DNA of 64,000 nt. Origin: Octopus sinensis (lineage: Eukaryota). Under the pieces are notes generated by a model that had not been told where the DNA came from, made no database searches, and saw only the letters and a list, made by a program, of their open reading frames with translations. Positions 29,201 through 36,957 of this stretch are shown here, piece by piece; position 1 is the stretch's first letter; each line of letters begins with the position of its first letter. The stretch lies in assembly GCF_006345805.1 (NCBI RefSeq), contig NC_042997.1:86552001-86616000 (forward strand), in the 5' to 3' direction. Made by a program: the position numbers and the translations under genes.

Positions 29201-31597
29201 TGTATGATGCGTGTGTACGAACAGCCATGCTACATGGCAGTGAAACATGGGCCGTGACTGCTGAGGATATGCGTAAGCTCGCTAGAAATGAAGCCAGTAT
29301 GCTCCGATGGATGTGTAATGCCGGTACTCACACTCGGCAGAGTGTAAGTACCTTGAGAGAAAAGCTGGACCTAAGAAGCATCAGTTGTGGTGTGCAAGAG
29401 AGACGTTTGCGCTGGTATGGTCATGTGGCGAGAATGGATGAAGATAGTTGTGTGAAAAAGTGCCACACCCTAGCGGTTGAGGGAACCTGTGGAAGAGGCA
29501 GACCCAGGAAAACCTGGGACGAGGTGGTGAAGCACGACCTTCGAACTTTAGGTCTCACTGAGGAAATGACTAGAGACCGAGACCTCTGGAAGTGTGCTGT
29601 GCGCGAGAAGACCCGGCAGGACAAGTGAGTCCACAACCCGTGGCCTTCTACATGGGATGGAGCCAGCCTACGTATGCATACCTTCCCTTCTTGGGACACA
29701 AAACTCTACTTGTGAAGACGTGTTGAGGCAAGTGAGGATCAGAATCGAAATCGATCAATGGAAATTGCGGATGTGCTACCAGTGCCGGTGGCATGTCGAA
29801 ACTCTGCTTGTGAAGACCCATTGAGGCAAGTGAGGATCAGAATCGAAATCGATCAATGGAAATTGCAGATGTGTTACCAGTGCCGGTGGCATGTAAGAGA
29901 ACTTTCCGTTTCGCGACCGTTGCCAGCACCGCCCCGTTTCGTGTCCGTTGCCAGCCTCGCCTGGCCCTCGTGCCGGTGGCACATAAAAAGCACCATCCGT
30001 TCGTGGCCGTTTGCCAGCTCTGTCTGGCACCAGTGCGGGTGGCACGTAAAAAGCACCCACTACACTCACGGAGTGGTTGGCGTTAGGAAGGGCATCCAGC
30101 CGTAGAAACACTGCCAGATTTGACTGGGCCTGATGAAGCCTTCTGGCTTCACAGACCCCAGTAGAACCGTCCAACCCATGCTAGCATGGAAAACGGACGC
30201 TAAATGATGATGATGATGATGATGAAGTTAACAAATTACTTTGGTGCAAATAGTGAAATCTTGAATACTTATCATTGAGAGTTCAATTTACAAAAAAACT
30301 GTCTGCTGTAATTTTAAGGTGGCGAGCTAGCATGCAAGGCAAAATGCTTAGCAGCATTTCGTCTGCCTTCACATTCTGAGTTCAAATTGTTGAAGTTGAC
30401 TTTGCTTTTCATTCTCTTGGGGGTTGATAAAATAAGTACCAGTTGAGTACTGGGGTCTTGCCTTACTCCTCCCACAAAAGTGCTGGTCTTGTGCCAAAAC
30501 TTGAAACTAATGTTATTTATTAATCTGTCTGCATATTGAGTTGAAATCTTACCTGGGTCAGGTTGCTTTTAATCCTTTCAGAGTCAAACTACCTGATACT
30601 TTGGCACCATATGGTTAGATTGGCTGAATTGTTAGGGATTCAGGCAAGATGCCTTACTGCATATGTTTCAAGTGTAACAACTAAGGCAAATCAAAAATGG
30701 TGCTGGGAAGAGTCATGAAGTAAGTTTCCCCATTTGGAGAGACATCAATAAAATTTTATACAAATACCTTTCAAAAAGCATAGATTATGATTACAAAGAA
30801 ATTTGTAGGCAAACATTTTTGCAAGGGTGCCAGGGGAGGAGTTTCTGAAGAACAGTTTTGGATCAGACAGCCCATTTAAGTTGGAATTTCTGTTTTGATG
30901 GGGATTTTTTCCACTATTTTTTCACTACAGCTTTCAAAATGATCCAAAAATTTTTGTAGTTAGGGTTAGGGTTAGGAAAAAAAGCAAAAATGAAGAAGGT
31001 TGGGGGGGGGGACGAAATTTCAAAATGCCGATTTTTGGTAATTTTCCGGAATCTCCATATCCGAAAACGAGGGTTTTGGGGGGAAAAAAAGGAGGGGGGA
31101 GTGGAAGGAAGTCTTTCCAATGTGCCTCCCATCATTCTGAAAACTGGAAAAGGTTCCCGTCAAAATTCCTACGTATGTGGGCCGTCTGATCAGAAGCTCC
31201 TCCTCCGCCACCTAACAAAAAAGTGGTCTAATCGTAATCTATGCCGTTTGAAAGTTATTTGTATAAAATTTCATTGAAAGATACCCATTCTCCGGAAAGT
31301 AACGAGGGGGAAAAAGTCGTGTCCTGTGAATTTTCCGAAACCCCTCCTACCACCTCCTCGGATAAATATTTTGCACCAAATCTCTACATACATTCAATTT
31401 ACCGATCTAAGCGGTATTTGTTAAAAATTTCGTTAAAAAGTATCCATTTATCTGGAAATTATGAGGCAACAAAGACGGTGAGGTACACATCTGTAGTTAT
31501 GCCCAATACTCCGCCCCCAATGATGATGCACCTAAGGGTGTTCCATAGATGAGATTAAGGGAAAAAAAGTTCGGACTGTCCGTATTTTAAATCTGAG

Positions 31598-31641
<44 letters not shown>

Positions 31642-34600
31642 TATATATAAAGGAGCTCCTTTAGAAACGCACCCCTCCAAGAAAATGAAATGCAATTATA
31701 AAAAAAAAGTTATGAAAATATATACAAAATAAATTATGTATGCAAAAAATTAGAAAGATTCATCCATTTTTAAATATTTCATACTAAATATAAAACAAAC
31801 AGAAAACGGGCACTGGTGAATATAAACAAACATGATGGACGGATACAAGGGTAGGTAATTTACTTTTACCAGTCAAGTAATTATTAACGATTCTAGGAGC
31901 CCGACAATATCCTTTGAAAATCCTTGATTGTTTTTAATCAGATTTTTTTCTTACTGTGCACACTTGTTAGGGTTAGGTGGTGTGCACTCGCTTTACCTTC
32001 ACCCATTCTATGATGTTGTGATATACGACAGAAATAATTATAAAACAATAGAGTAAATATGTCTAAGACGTATGCAAGTTTTGTTATTTTTATTTTCGCT
32101 TTCAGTCTACAGAGGAAATGAACATACTAGCACCATAGCCCGGCGTTATCAGGGTATATACGAAACTTTGTTGATAAGCATCTATGGATGTCCGAATAGT
32201 TCGTTGGTCTGGAGTTTCGGCAGATCGGATCATGGCTTTGTAAGCGGCGTCAGCAGCTTGGCGGGCTCTCTTCTGTTGAGGTGTTTCGGCAGATCGAGCC
32301 ATGGCTGTGTTTGCGGCGTTAGCAGCTTGGCGAGCTCTCCTCTGTTGTGGTGTTTTGGCAGATCGAGCCATGGCTTTGTTTGCGGCGTCAGCAGCTTGGC
32401 GAGTTCTCCTCTGCTGTGGGGTTTCGGCAGATCGTGTCCTGGCGGTGCTAGCGGCGTTAGCCGCATTCCGAATGGCCCTTTGTTCGGGGTTCTCGCGAGC
32501 TCTGCGGATGGCAGCACAAAGAGAAGCCCGCATGTTTTGGCTGAACCGTTGCTCTTTCGTCAACCTCGAGCGGAGGGAAGATCTGTACGCTGCGGCCCTT
32601 GCAAGTCGGGTAGAACGGTCGCTAGTAGTTTCAGATGCCTGAGCAGCGGCAGAACGGGAAGCATTTTTCGAGAGGCGCAAGGCGGTTTCCTCGTGGGTCT
32701 CGCGTGCCCTTCTAGCCCTGGCAGCCGATGCCTTGGCCGTCCGAGGGCTGAGGAGGGTCCTTCTCTTCTTGGGTGGAATTTTGGTGGATAGCAATGTGTT
32801 TGGCAAAGGTGTAATAAAAAGGAACACGTGGGGTAAGTATCCCAAAATGTATTAAAATGTACAAAAACGGGAAAAAAGCGGGTCAGAGTGAGGGTACAAC
32901 CTGACAGACACACAGACAGACAAACTGTCTTTTATATAGAGAGAGATAACTCACTATTTGGCCTCTCGTATCTTTAATAATATGACTGGTAAAAGCAAAT
33001 TACCTCCCCTTGTATCGCCCAATATGTTTGTTTATATTCGCGAGTGCCCATTTTCCGTTGTTTTATTTTTTAGTATAAAATATTTAAAAATGGATGAATC
33101 ATTTATTTTATATATATTTTCCATTTTCATAACTTTTATAAAATGGCATTTCTTTTTCTTGGAGAGGTGCGTTTCTAAAGAAGCGTCAATTTCCGTGAGC
33201 ATAAATCCTTAAATCCTTAAAAATGTTTTAGCCCGAAGGCCGCGGCCATGCTGGGCACCACCGCTGACAAAACTTCGAGGTACTTGTCTATTGTCGTGGT
33301 CCCGGTTTCTCACACGCGAATTCGCGCGTGCGCGCGCGCCAGACGTAGGTACTCGATACTCGAGATCCTACGAGGTGACATGCGCAGTGCAGAATTCGCG
33401 CATGCGCGTTACCCCCCCCTAAAAAAAGGTGTTGGATTTCACTAAAAATATATATGTGTGTGTGTGTGTGTGTGTGTATATATAACATTTTCAATTTTAC
33501 ACAAAAAAATTACATAGTCGCTTTCCTCGCGGATTTACAGATAAATGAATTAATTACTATTTTACAGAATAAAATAATGAATTAATTATAAATTAAATAA
33601 TTCTTGAAAATTAATTAATATTAATAATATTTTTTGAACAAAGTAAATAATTTATAAAACTTGGTTAATAATTTTTTTTACACAAACGCGAACGTATATA
33701 ATTTGTGAAACTTTTTTTTTTTTTACAGACGTATATAATTTGGTAAACTTAATGAATTAATTTCTTCTCATCATCATCATCGTTTAACGTCCGTTCTCCA
33801 TGCCAGCATGGGTTGGACGGTTCGTCCGGGGATCTGGGAAGCCAGAAGGCTGCACCAGACTCCAGTCTTATTTGGCAATGTTTCTACAGCTGGATGACCT
33901 GTTTCAATTAGAAAAGCAACATTTCTAGAAAATAGTAAATTGAAGTGTGAACACAGCACCTTACAGAGTATAAGTATATGACATTTATCTGGCAATGTTT
34001 CTACAGCTGGATGCCCTGTTTCAATTAGAAAAGCAACATATAAGTATATGACATTTATCTGGCAATGTTTCTACAGATGGATGCCCTGTTTCAATTAGAA
34101 AAGCAACATATAAGTATATGACATTTATCTGGCAATGTTTCTACAGCTGGATGCCCTTTTTCTTTTTTTTAAATTCAAATATACTACAATCATTATCATA
34201 TCGAAATATACTAGTAACTCCATCAGATTAGTCTTATGTAAGCAACCAATCATTGAAATCTTGTGTAACCTTTTTACAGAGCTATGCTGAATCAAACAAG
34301 ACTCTTTACACAGTTACATATTTTGAATATACAAAAATTATTATTTGTTTCTTTGAAAAAATTTACGATGTTCGTGATATTATATATATATAGTTTACTA
34401 TCTCATTTTAAACTTATGGCTGTAATTCGAAAAAGGACCACCGACACAGATCCGAGCCATAAGATCGAACCCGGATAAAAGCGGTTGCGCACTTTTCTTA
34501 ACCACAGACATACATACTTTACAGAGGTAAGCAGAATGCTTAGCGGCATTTCGTCTGTCTTTATGTTCTGAGTTCAAATTCCGCCGAGGTCGACTTCGCC

Positions 34601-35075
34601 TTTCATCCATTCGAGGTCGATAAATTAAGTACCAGTTGCGTACTGGGTCGTTCTAATCGACTGGCCCCCTCCTCCAAAACTTCGGGCTTTGGGTAGAAAA
34701 GAATTTGTCACCGTAATATGAAACCTCACCACTCGTTTCCTTTTAATTACAGCAGTAGCGTGCGATGATATACATATTTGGCTGTTATATCTAGCAGGTC
34801 GAACGACACGCAAGAGTCTCTCTCGTTCGTACATGTTATTTTATATTTTCAACAAAAACAAGTGGTTAATATTAAATTTAAACTTAATATTAACCGAACA
34901 AATTATAATGCATATTATCTACTGACGATATTTCTTTTTTTTTTTTTCTTTAATTTCAAAAATATACACGAATGGAAATAGTGAAAATATATTGCTTACT
35001 CCTGATGTATCCAGAGCGCAAAATTTTCGCTGATCGCAAATACAAGCGACAAGCTGAGATATGTTTTGCAAACAT
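4282..35075 (-). CDS. TK2: Mitochondrial thymidine kinase 2 / deoxynucleoside kinase, 10 coding exons, 244 aa
   Basis: Exons (minus strand): 35000-35075, 23183-23223, 17436-17510, 12921-12974, 10790-10879, 10162-10235, 7770-7858, 5715-5794, 4587-4664, 4282-4359; sizes 76/41/75/54/90/74/89/80/78/78 = 735 nt, all GT-AG, in frame. Protein: MFAKHISACRLYLRSAKILRSGYIRNFQSHQHSSMETISICVEGNIGAGKSEMLNFFAKDPTIEIISEHVKKWQNVNGHNMLDLMYKDPYRWGFTFQSYVQLTMLQNHMSKSAKPVQMMERSIYSAKYVFVENLYKSGLMPSVDYEVLTEWFNWATNHLDFHVDRIIYLRCHPETALERIKKRNRKEELNITLEYLQSLHEQQEEWLIRGCYGKHAEVLVLDAEQDLESMLEVFENSRNKILCL. Motifs match the dNK family. FQSYVQLTM and ERSIYSA carry the V/M/A substrate-site signature of TK2/insect dNK, not the A/R/D signature of dCK/dGK. 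Confidence 0.95.
4587..4664 (-). CDS. TK2: TK2 exon 9 (EYLQSLHEQQEEWLIRGCYGKHAEVL)
   Basis: tttctag acceptor, gtacgt donor; EYL..LH...EEWL motif. Confidence 0.95.
5066..5285 (+). mobile_element. tRNA-derived SINE, family A
   Basis: A-box-like GCTGGCAGAATC.TTAGC and B-box GAGTTCAAATTC, central GACTTTGCCTTTCATCC...GATAAAATAAGTACCAG domain. Other copies at about 16655-16875, 19130-19330(-), 26285-26510, 26523-26722, 30315-30515, 34530-34705, 52000-52210(-), 56765-57540 (split). Confidence 0.8.
5715..5794 (-). CDS. TK2: TK2 exon 8 (lid, (I)YLRCHPETALERIKKRNRKEELNITL)
   Basis: tattccag acceptor, gtttgt donor; YLR..PE....R...R.R.EE lid motif. Confidence 0.96.
6950..7440 (+). mobile_element. Decayed Penelope-like element, C-terminal GIY-YIG endonuclease
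   Basis: CSCREKSKCPLTNLC...YVYIGQ...FK..Y then LADFVWQLKED: the C-x-C...CP...C linker plus YIG motif of PLE endonucleases; stops present. Confidence 0.7.
7770..7858 (-). CDS. TK2: TK2 exon 7 ((S)GLMPSVDYEVLTEWFNWATNHLDFHVDRI)
   Basis: ctttctgacag acceptor, gtaagt donor; part of track ORF 7729..7917. Confidence 0.96.
8643..8863 (+). mobile_element. piggyBac-like MITE (TTAA|CCCTT...AAGGG|TTAA)
   Basis: TTAA on both sides and short TIRs; same family at 10998-11218 (opposite orientation), about 52213-52482, split copy 43020-43128 + 48659-48770, partial copies at 49400-49615 and 51880-52000. Confidence 0.75.
9200..9620 (+). mobile_element. Very decayed CR1/L2-type reverse transcriptase remnant
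   Basis: EHQYGF and SGVPQSSVILPLVF resemble the RT QxGFR and GVPQGSVLGPLLF motifs; many stops. Confidence 0.5.
10162..10235 (-). CDS. TK2: TK2 exon 6 (AKPVQMMERSIYSAKYVFVENLYK)
   Basis: tttttttttccag acceptor, gtagtt donor; ERS motif. Confidence 0.96.
10790..10879 (-). CDS. TK2: TK2 exon 5 (DLMYKDPYRWGFTFQSYVQLTMLQNHMSKS)
   Basis: ctttttcag-type acceptor, gtaagt donor; LMY..P.RW...FQ motif. Confidence 0.96.
12921..12974 (-). CDS. TK2: TK2 exon 4 (IISEHVKKWQNVNGHNML)
   Basis: ttttag acceptor, gtaaag donor; catalytic Glu motif E-x-V-x-x-W. Confidence 0.93.
13121..14363 (+). mobile_element. Tc1-family DNA transposon, full-length but frameshifted (DD34E)
   Basis: TIRs CA(T/G)GGGTTGGACAAAATAATGGAAACA at both ends, TA at the right end; transposase from ATG 13310 (MTDLSNFQRGQIVG...) through FQDDNAPIH and SPDLNIIEHLW; broken across ORFs 13393..13866 and 13903..14265. 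Confidence 0.93.
14705..15588 (+). mobile_element. mariner-derived foldback element (5' half plus inverted copy of its own 5' end)
   Basis: TA flanks; HTH region of a mariner transposase (ORF 14868..15365, ...RRITI.ELSEDVQISY...SAKFVPKLL); catalytic domain absent; about 15320-15588 is the reverse complement of the left end. Confidence 0.88.
15950..16520 (+). mobile_element. mariner transposase 5' fragment (mellifera-like), decayed
   Basis: MECKNEHFCHILLLYFHKGKKAAEAH...TCQKWF*KFRSGDFSLKD...LDIWV...RIITGNEK: HTH, WVPHEL-equivalent and first catalytic D region (TGDEK) degenerate. Confidence 0.85.
17436..17510 (-). CDS. TK2: TK2 exon 3 (P-loop, ICVEGNIGAGKSEMLNFFAKDPTIE)
   Basis: Long poly-T tract plus cacag acceptor, donor gtatgt; Walker A of the dNK family. 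Confidence 0.96.
19680..19900 (-). mobile_element. tRNA-derived SINE, third family (V-SINE-like)
   Basis: Minus strand reads TTAGTGGTTAGGGTGTTGGACTC...GGTTTCAATTCC (A/B boxes), then GTGTTCTTGAGCAAAGCACTT and CTTCCCGTCCAGG. Confidence 0.55.
22560..23050 (+). mobile_element. Decayed RTE/BovB-like LINE ORF2 C-terminal fragment
   Basis: FHLKCLRTMLHSHWYENISD...LYWFDHITRMDNKCFPKYLFYS matches the RTE post-RT motif (LRW.GHV.RM...R.PK..FY). Confidence 0.75.
23183..23223 (-). CDS. TK2: TK2 exon 2 ((N)FQSHQHSSMETIS)
   Basis: Acceptor tttttaatttcttaattctcag, donor gtaagta; 41 nt, phase 1 to 0, joins exon 1 to exon 3 in frame. Confidence 0.8.
23330..23820 (-). mobile_element. CR1-clade LINE 3' end with (ATT)n tail
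   Basis: Y.ERL..LG..TL..RR...DL...KI...TRGH.YK...FF..RV...W..LP..VV...S..FK C-terminal motif (ORF 23485..23811), short 3' UTR, TAA-repeat tail at about 23330-23345. Confidence 0.85.
24000..25320 (-). mobile_element. Old fragmented copy of the PHD-containing RTE family
   Basis: MCRKGVGRDSVQYKFWVHKRCS...FVCCRC (PHD) and RNYRGIKLIDQSMNVAERVTAQLI (RT) are homologous to the ORF at 26791..29628. Another remnant at about 48960-49370(-) has LLYADDL and the PHD. Confidence 0.85.
25820..26020 (+). mobile_element. Tc1/mariner-type transposase N-terminal remnant (DUF4817-like HTH)
   Basis: MVLWTIEHRI...Y.KNNKFVTAAQHEFQHHFNIH, interrupted by stops. Confidence 0.5.
26731..30224 (+). mobile_element. Young 5'-truncated RTE-clade LINE in TK2 intron 1 (antisense to TK2)
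   Basis: Reading frame open from about 26731 to TGA 29628: partial APE endonuclease (GDFNGHVG, QIDYIL, HRLV), RT (QFGF, GVHQGSVLSPLLF, YADD), PHD-like finger, RTE C-terminus (LRWYGHV.RM, GRGRPRKTW); 600-bp 3' UTR ending (ATG)n. No TSD recognised. Confidence 0.96.
31654..33187. mobile_element. Long-TIR (about 230-250 bp) non-autonomous DNA element hosting a Helitron
   Basis: About 31660-31905 and 32960-33182 are diverged inverted repeats (CTTTAGAAACGCACC.CTCCAAGAAAA...GATTCATCCATTTTTAAATATTT...TTTTACCAGTCA). TSD not resolved. Confidence 0.75.
32127..32946 (-). mobile_element. Non-autonomous Helitron (820 bp) carrying an STPR-type repeat ORF
   Basis: A|TC 5' end (TCTCTCTCTATATAAAAG + GTCT microsatellite), 3' end CCCTGATAACGCCGGG hairpin + GGTGCTAG|T; ORF (I)PPKKRR... 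with 23-aa repeats AETPQQRRTRQAADAANKAMARS. Confidence 0.85.
33874..34158. repeat. Local tandem array, 70-bp period, grown from an RTE-tail junction
   Basis: GGCAATGTTTCTACAGCTGGATG.CCTGTTTCAATTAGAAAAGCAACAT recurs at about 33875, 33991, 34061 and (partial) 34131. Confidence 0.9.
35000..35075 (-). CDS. TK2: TK2 exon 1 (mitochondrial presequence MFAKHISACRLYLRSAKILRSGYIR)
   Basis: ATG at 35075 with an in-frame TAA two codons upstream; Arg/Ser/Leu-rich with no acidic residues; donor A|GTAAGC, phase 1; lies in a CpG-retaining region. Confidence 0.8.
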
Positions 35076-35240
35076 TATTTATGCTTAATATGTTACTGCT
35101 TGTGCTAATGTTGTTATTTCTCTCTTAAATACAATGTTGAATAAATAAAATGAAAGAAAATTCCATATTCCAGTCGAACAGCTCCACGATATTCAAAATC
35201 TAAAATAGTCAACACGTCACTTCCTGTTTGTGCTAATAAC
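35076..35240 (-). promoter_or_regulatory. Putative TK2 5' UTR / core promoter region
   Basis: Immediately upstream of exon 1; contains CACGTCAC (CRE-like) abutting ACTTCCTG (ETS core) at about 35213-35227; surrounding repeats keep their CpGs. TSS not determinable. Confidence 0.45.
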
Positions 35241-36924
35241 AGATGCCGAAAGGTCAAGAGATTTGTTTTCCCTAGTTTCGAAGATTTCAGGATACAGTAT
35301 CTTAAGTTTCAGTCAGGTTAAGCTTGCAGTGGAAATGAAAGCTCCTTTATATATATATATATATGAAGCAAAAATGAAAGTAATTGAAATATGAAAAAAA
35401 AAAATAAGGCATCCCTGCGTAGTAAGCTTATTTCCCAATCATGTGGTTTCGGGTTCACTCCATCTGCGTGGTACCTTAGGCAAGTATCTTTTAATACATC
35501 CCTGGGCTGATCAAAGTCTTGAGAGTGGATTTGGCTGACGGACACTGAAAGTAGACCGTTGTGTCTATCTATTTATCTATCTATCTATCTATCTATTTGC
35601 ATACATATAAATAAATAAATTAATTAAAGATGGAGATGGAAATAGCACAGAAGTAAGCCTAAAACATTTCAATTTAAGAGGGAAATTAATATAAATGATT
35701 CTAAAAATTGCATAAAGAAAATATTTTCACTTTGACCGGCAGATTTAAAATATAATTTCTTTGGAACTAAACGCTTTTAAACTTCGTATACTGGTAGAAT
35801 ATGTTACATAAAACATCTTTTTCTCTTGGCTTTCATGAGAAAATTCTGTAGTTTGTAAGCTATTTGTTGTTAAATTTCTTGCATTTCGGCAATTTCATCC
35901 AATCAATGACGTCTATTGAGGTGAATACAATTACTGCTGTTGTTTGTCAACAGTTTTGATGGATTTCATCTTATCAAACAGCAGTAAAAACTTATAAAAA
36001 TTTGAAAAACAGTTTATCTCCAGTCTGGGAGTCAAGAGAAGACTTCAACAAAAAATCTCCAGACATGTTCTTGACTCCCAAATTTTTATGGATATTTGAT
36101 AAGATGAGATTCATTGAAACCGGTAATATTTTATTTATATAATTTTTAAAATCATTTTTATTAAATTTCTTCTTAAATTGAAATGTCTCAGACTTACTTC
36201 TGTGTTATTTTTACCTTCATCTTTTATATATAAAAATTTGAGTTTTATAGTACTTTAAATTTTTTTTCAACTATATATATACAGTTGAAAAAAGATTAGA
36301 GATTGGGACCGATACGATAATAAGGGAATTTTTTAGAAATTTCTGTCGGCTTACTTCGAGACATATGCATATAGTGATAAATTATATGGTTATGGACGAT
36401 TTGTCTATTTTTGGCGTTAGAATTTTTTCTTTTTGCCCTTGTTTATAAGTTGTTTATAAATTTAACCTTTAAAGGTATTTTTTAATATGCTGGCCATTGA
36501 TAGAATTTTTTCCGAAAAATTTTATCTTATATTAGATGTAAAATGAATAGTGTTCACTTCCGGACTCTCTCACTCTATGAGAGCTTTCAGTCCGATCGCA
36601 TGTGTCTCGAGGTGTGCTGGAGAATTTCTATTTTGGATATATTTAGGATACTTAAGTGTGCTCATAACTTAGTGTTTGCTTCTTCCATGGGTATAGGTAA
36701 GTATTTTATTTATTTCAGCGTATTTATCGCTGATGAGGAGAAAATTCTTATGAATTAACTCTGAAATTGGGACCGATACAATAATAACGGAATTTTTAGA
36801 AATTTCTATCGGCTTGCTTTCGAGACGCGTGCTTATAGTGATGAATTATATGGTTATTGACGATTTGTTTATTTTCGGCATATTTGGCATTGGAATTTTT
36901 TCTTTTGCCCTTGTTTATAAGTTG

Positions 36925-36957
<33 letters not shown>

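Noticed and set aside
27222-29699. Minus-strand ORFs inside the RTE
   Set aside because: Antisense shadows of a long coding frame, with no independent motifs.
32072-32791. 239-aa plus-strand ORF with repeats
   Set aside because: Antisense of the Helitron STPR repeat frame.
33874-34158. CRISPR-like repeat array
   Set aside because: Whole units repeat with identical intervening sequence (no unique spacers), the context is eukaryotic, and there are no cas genes.
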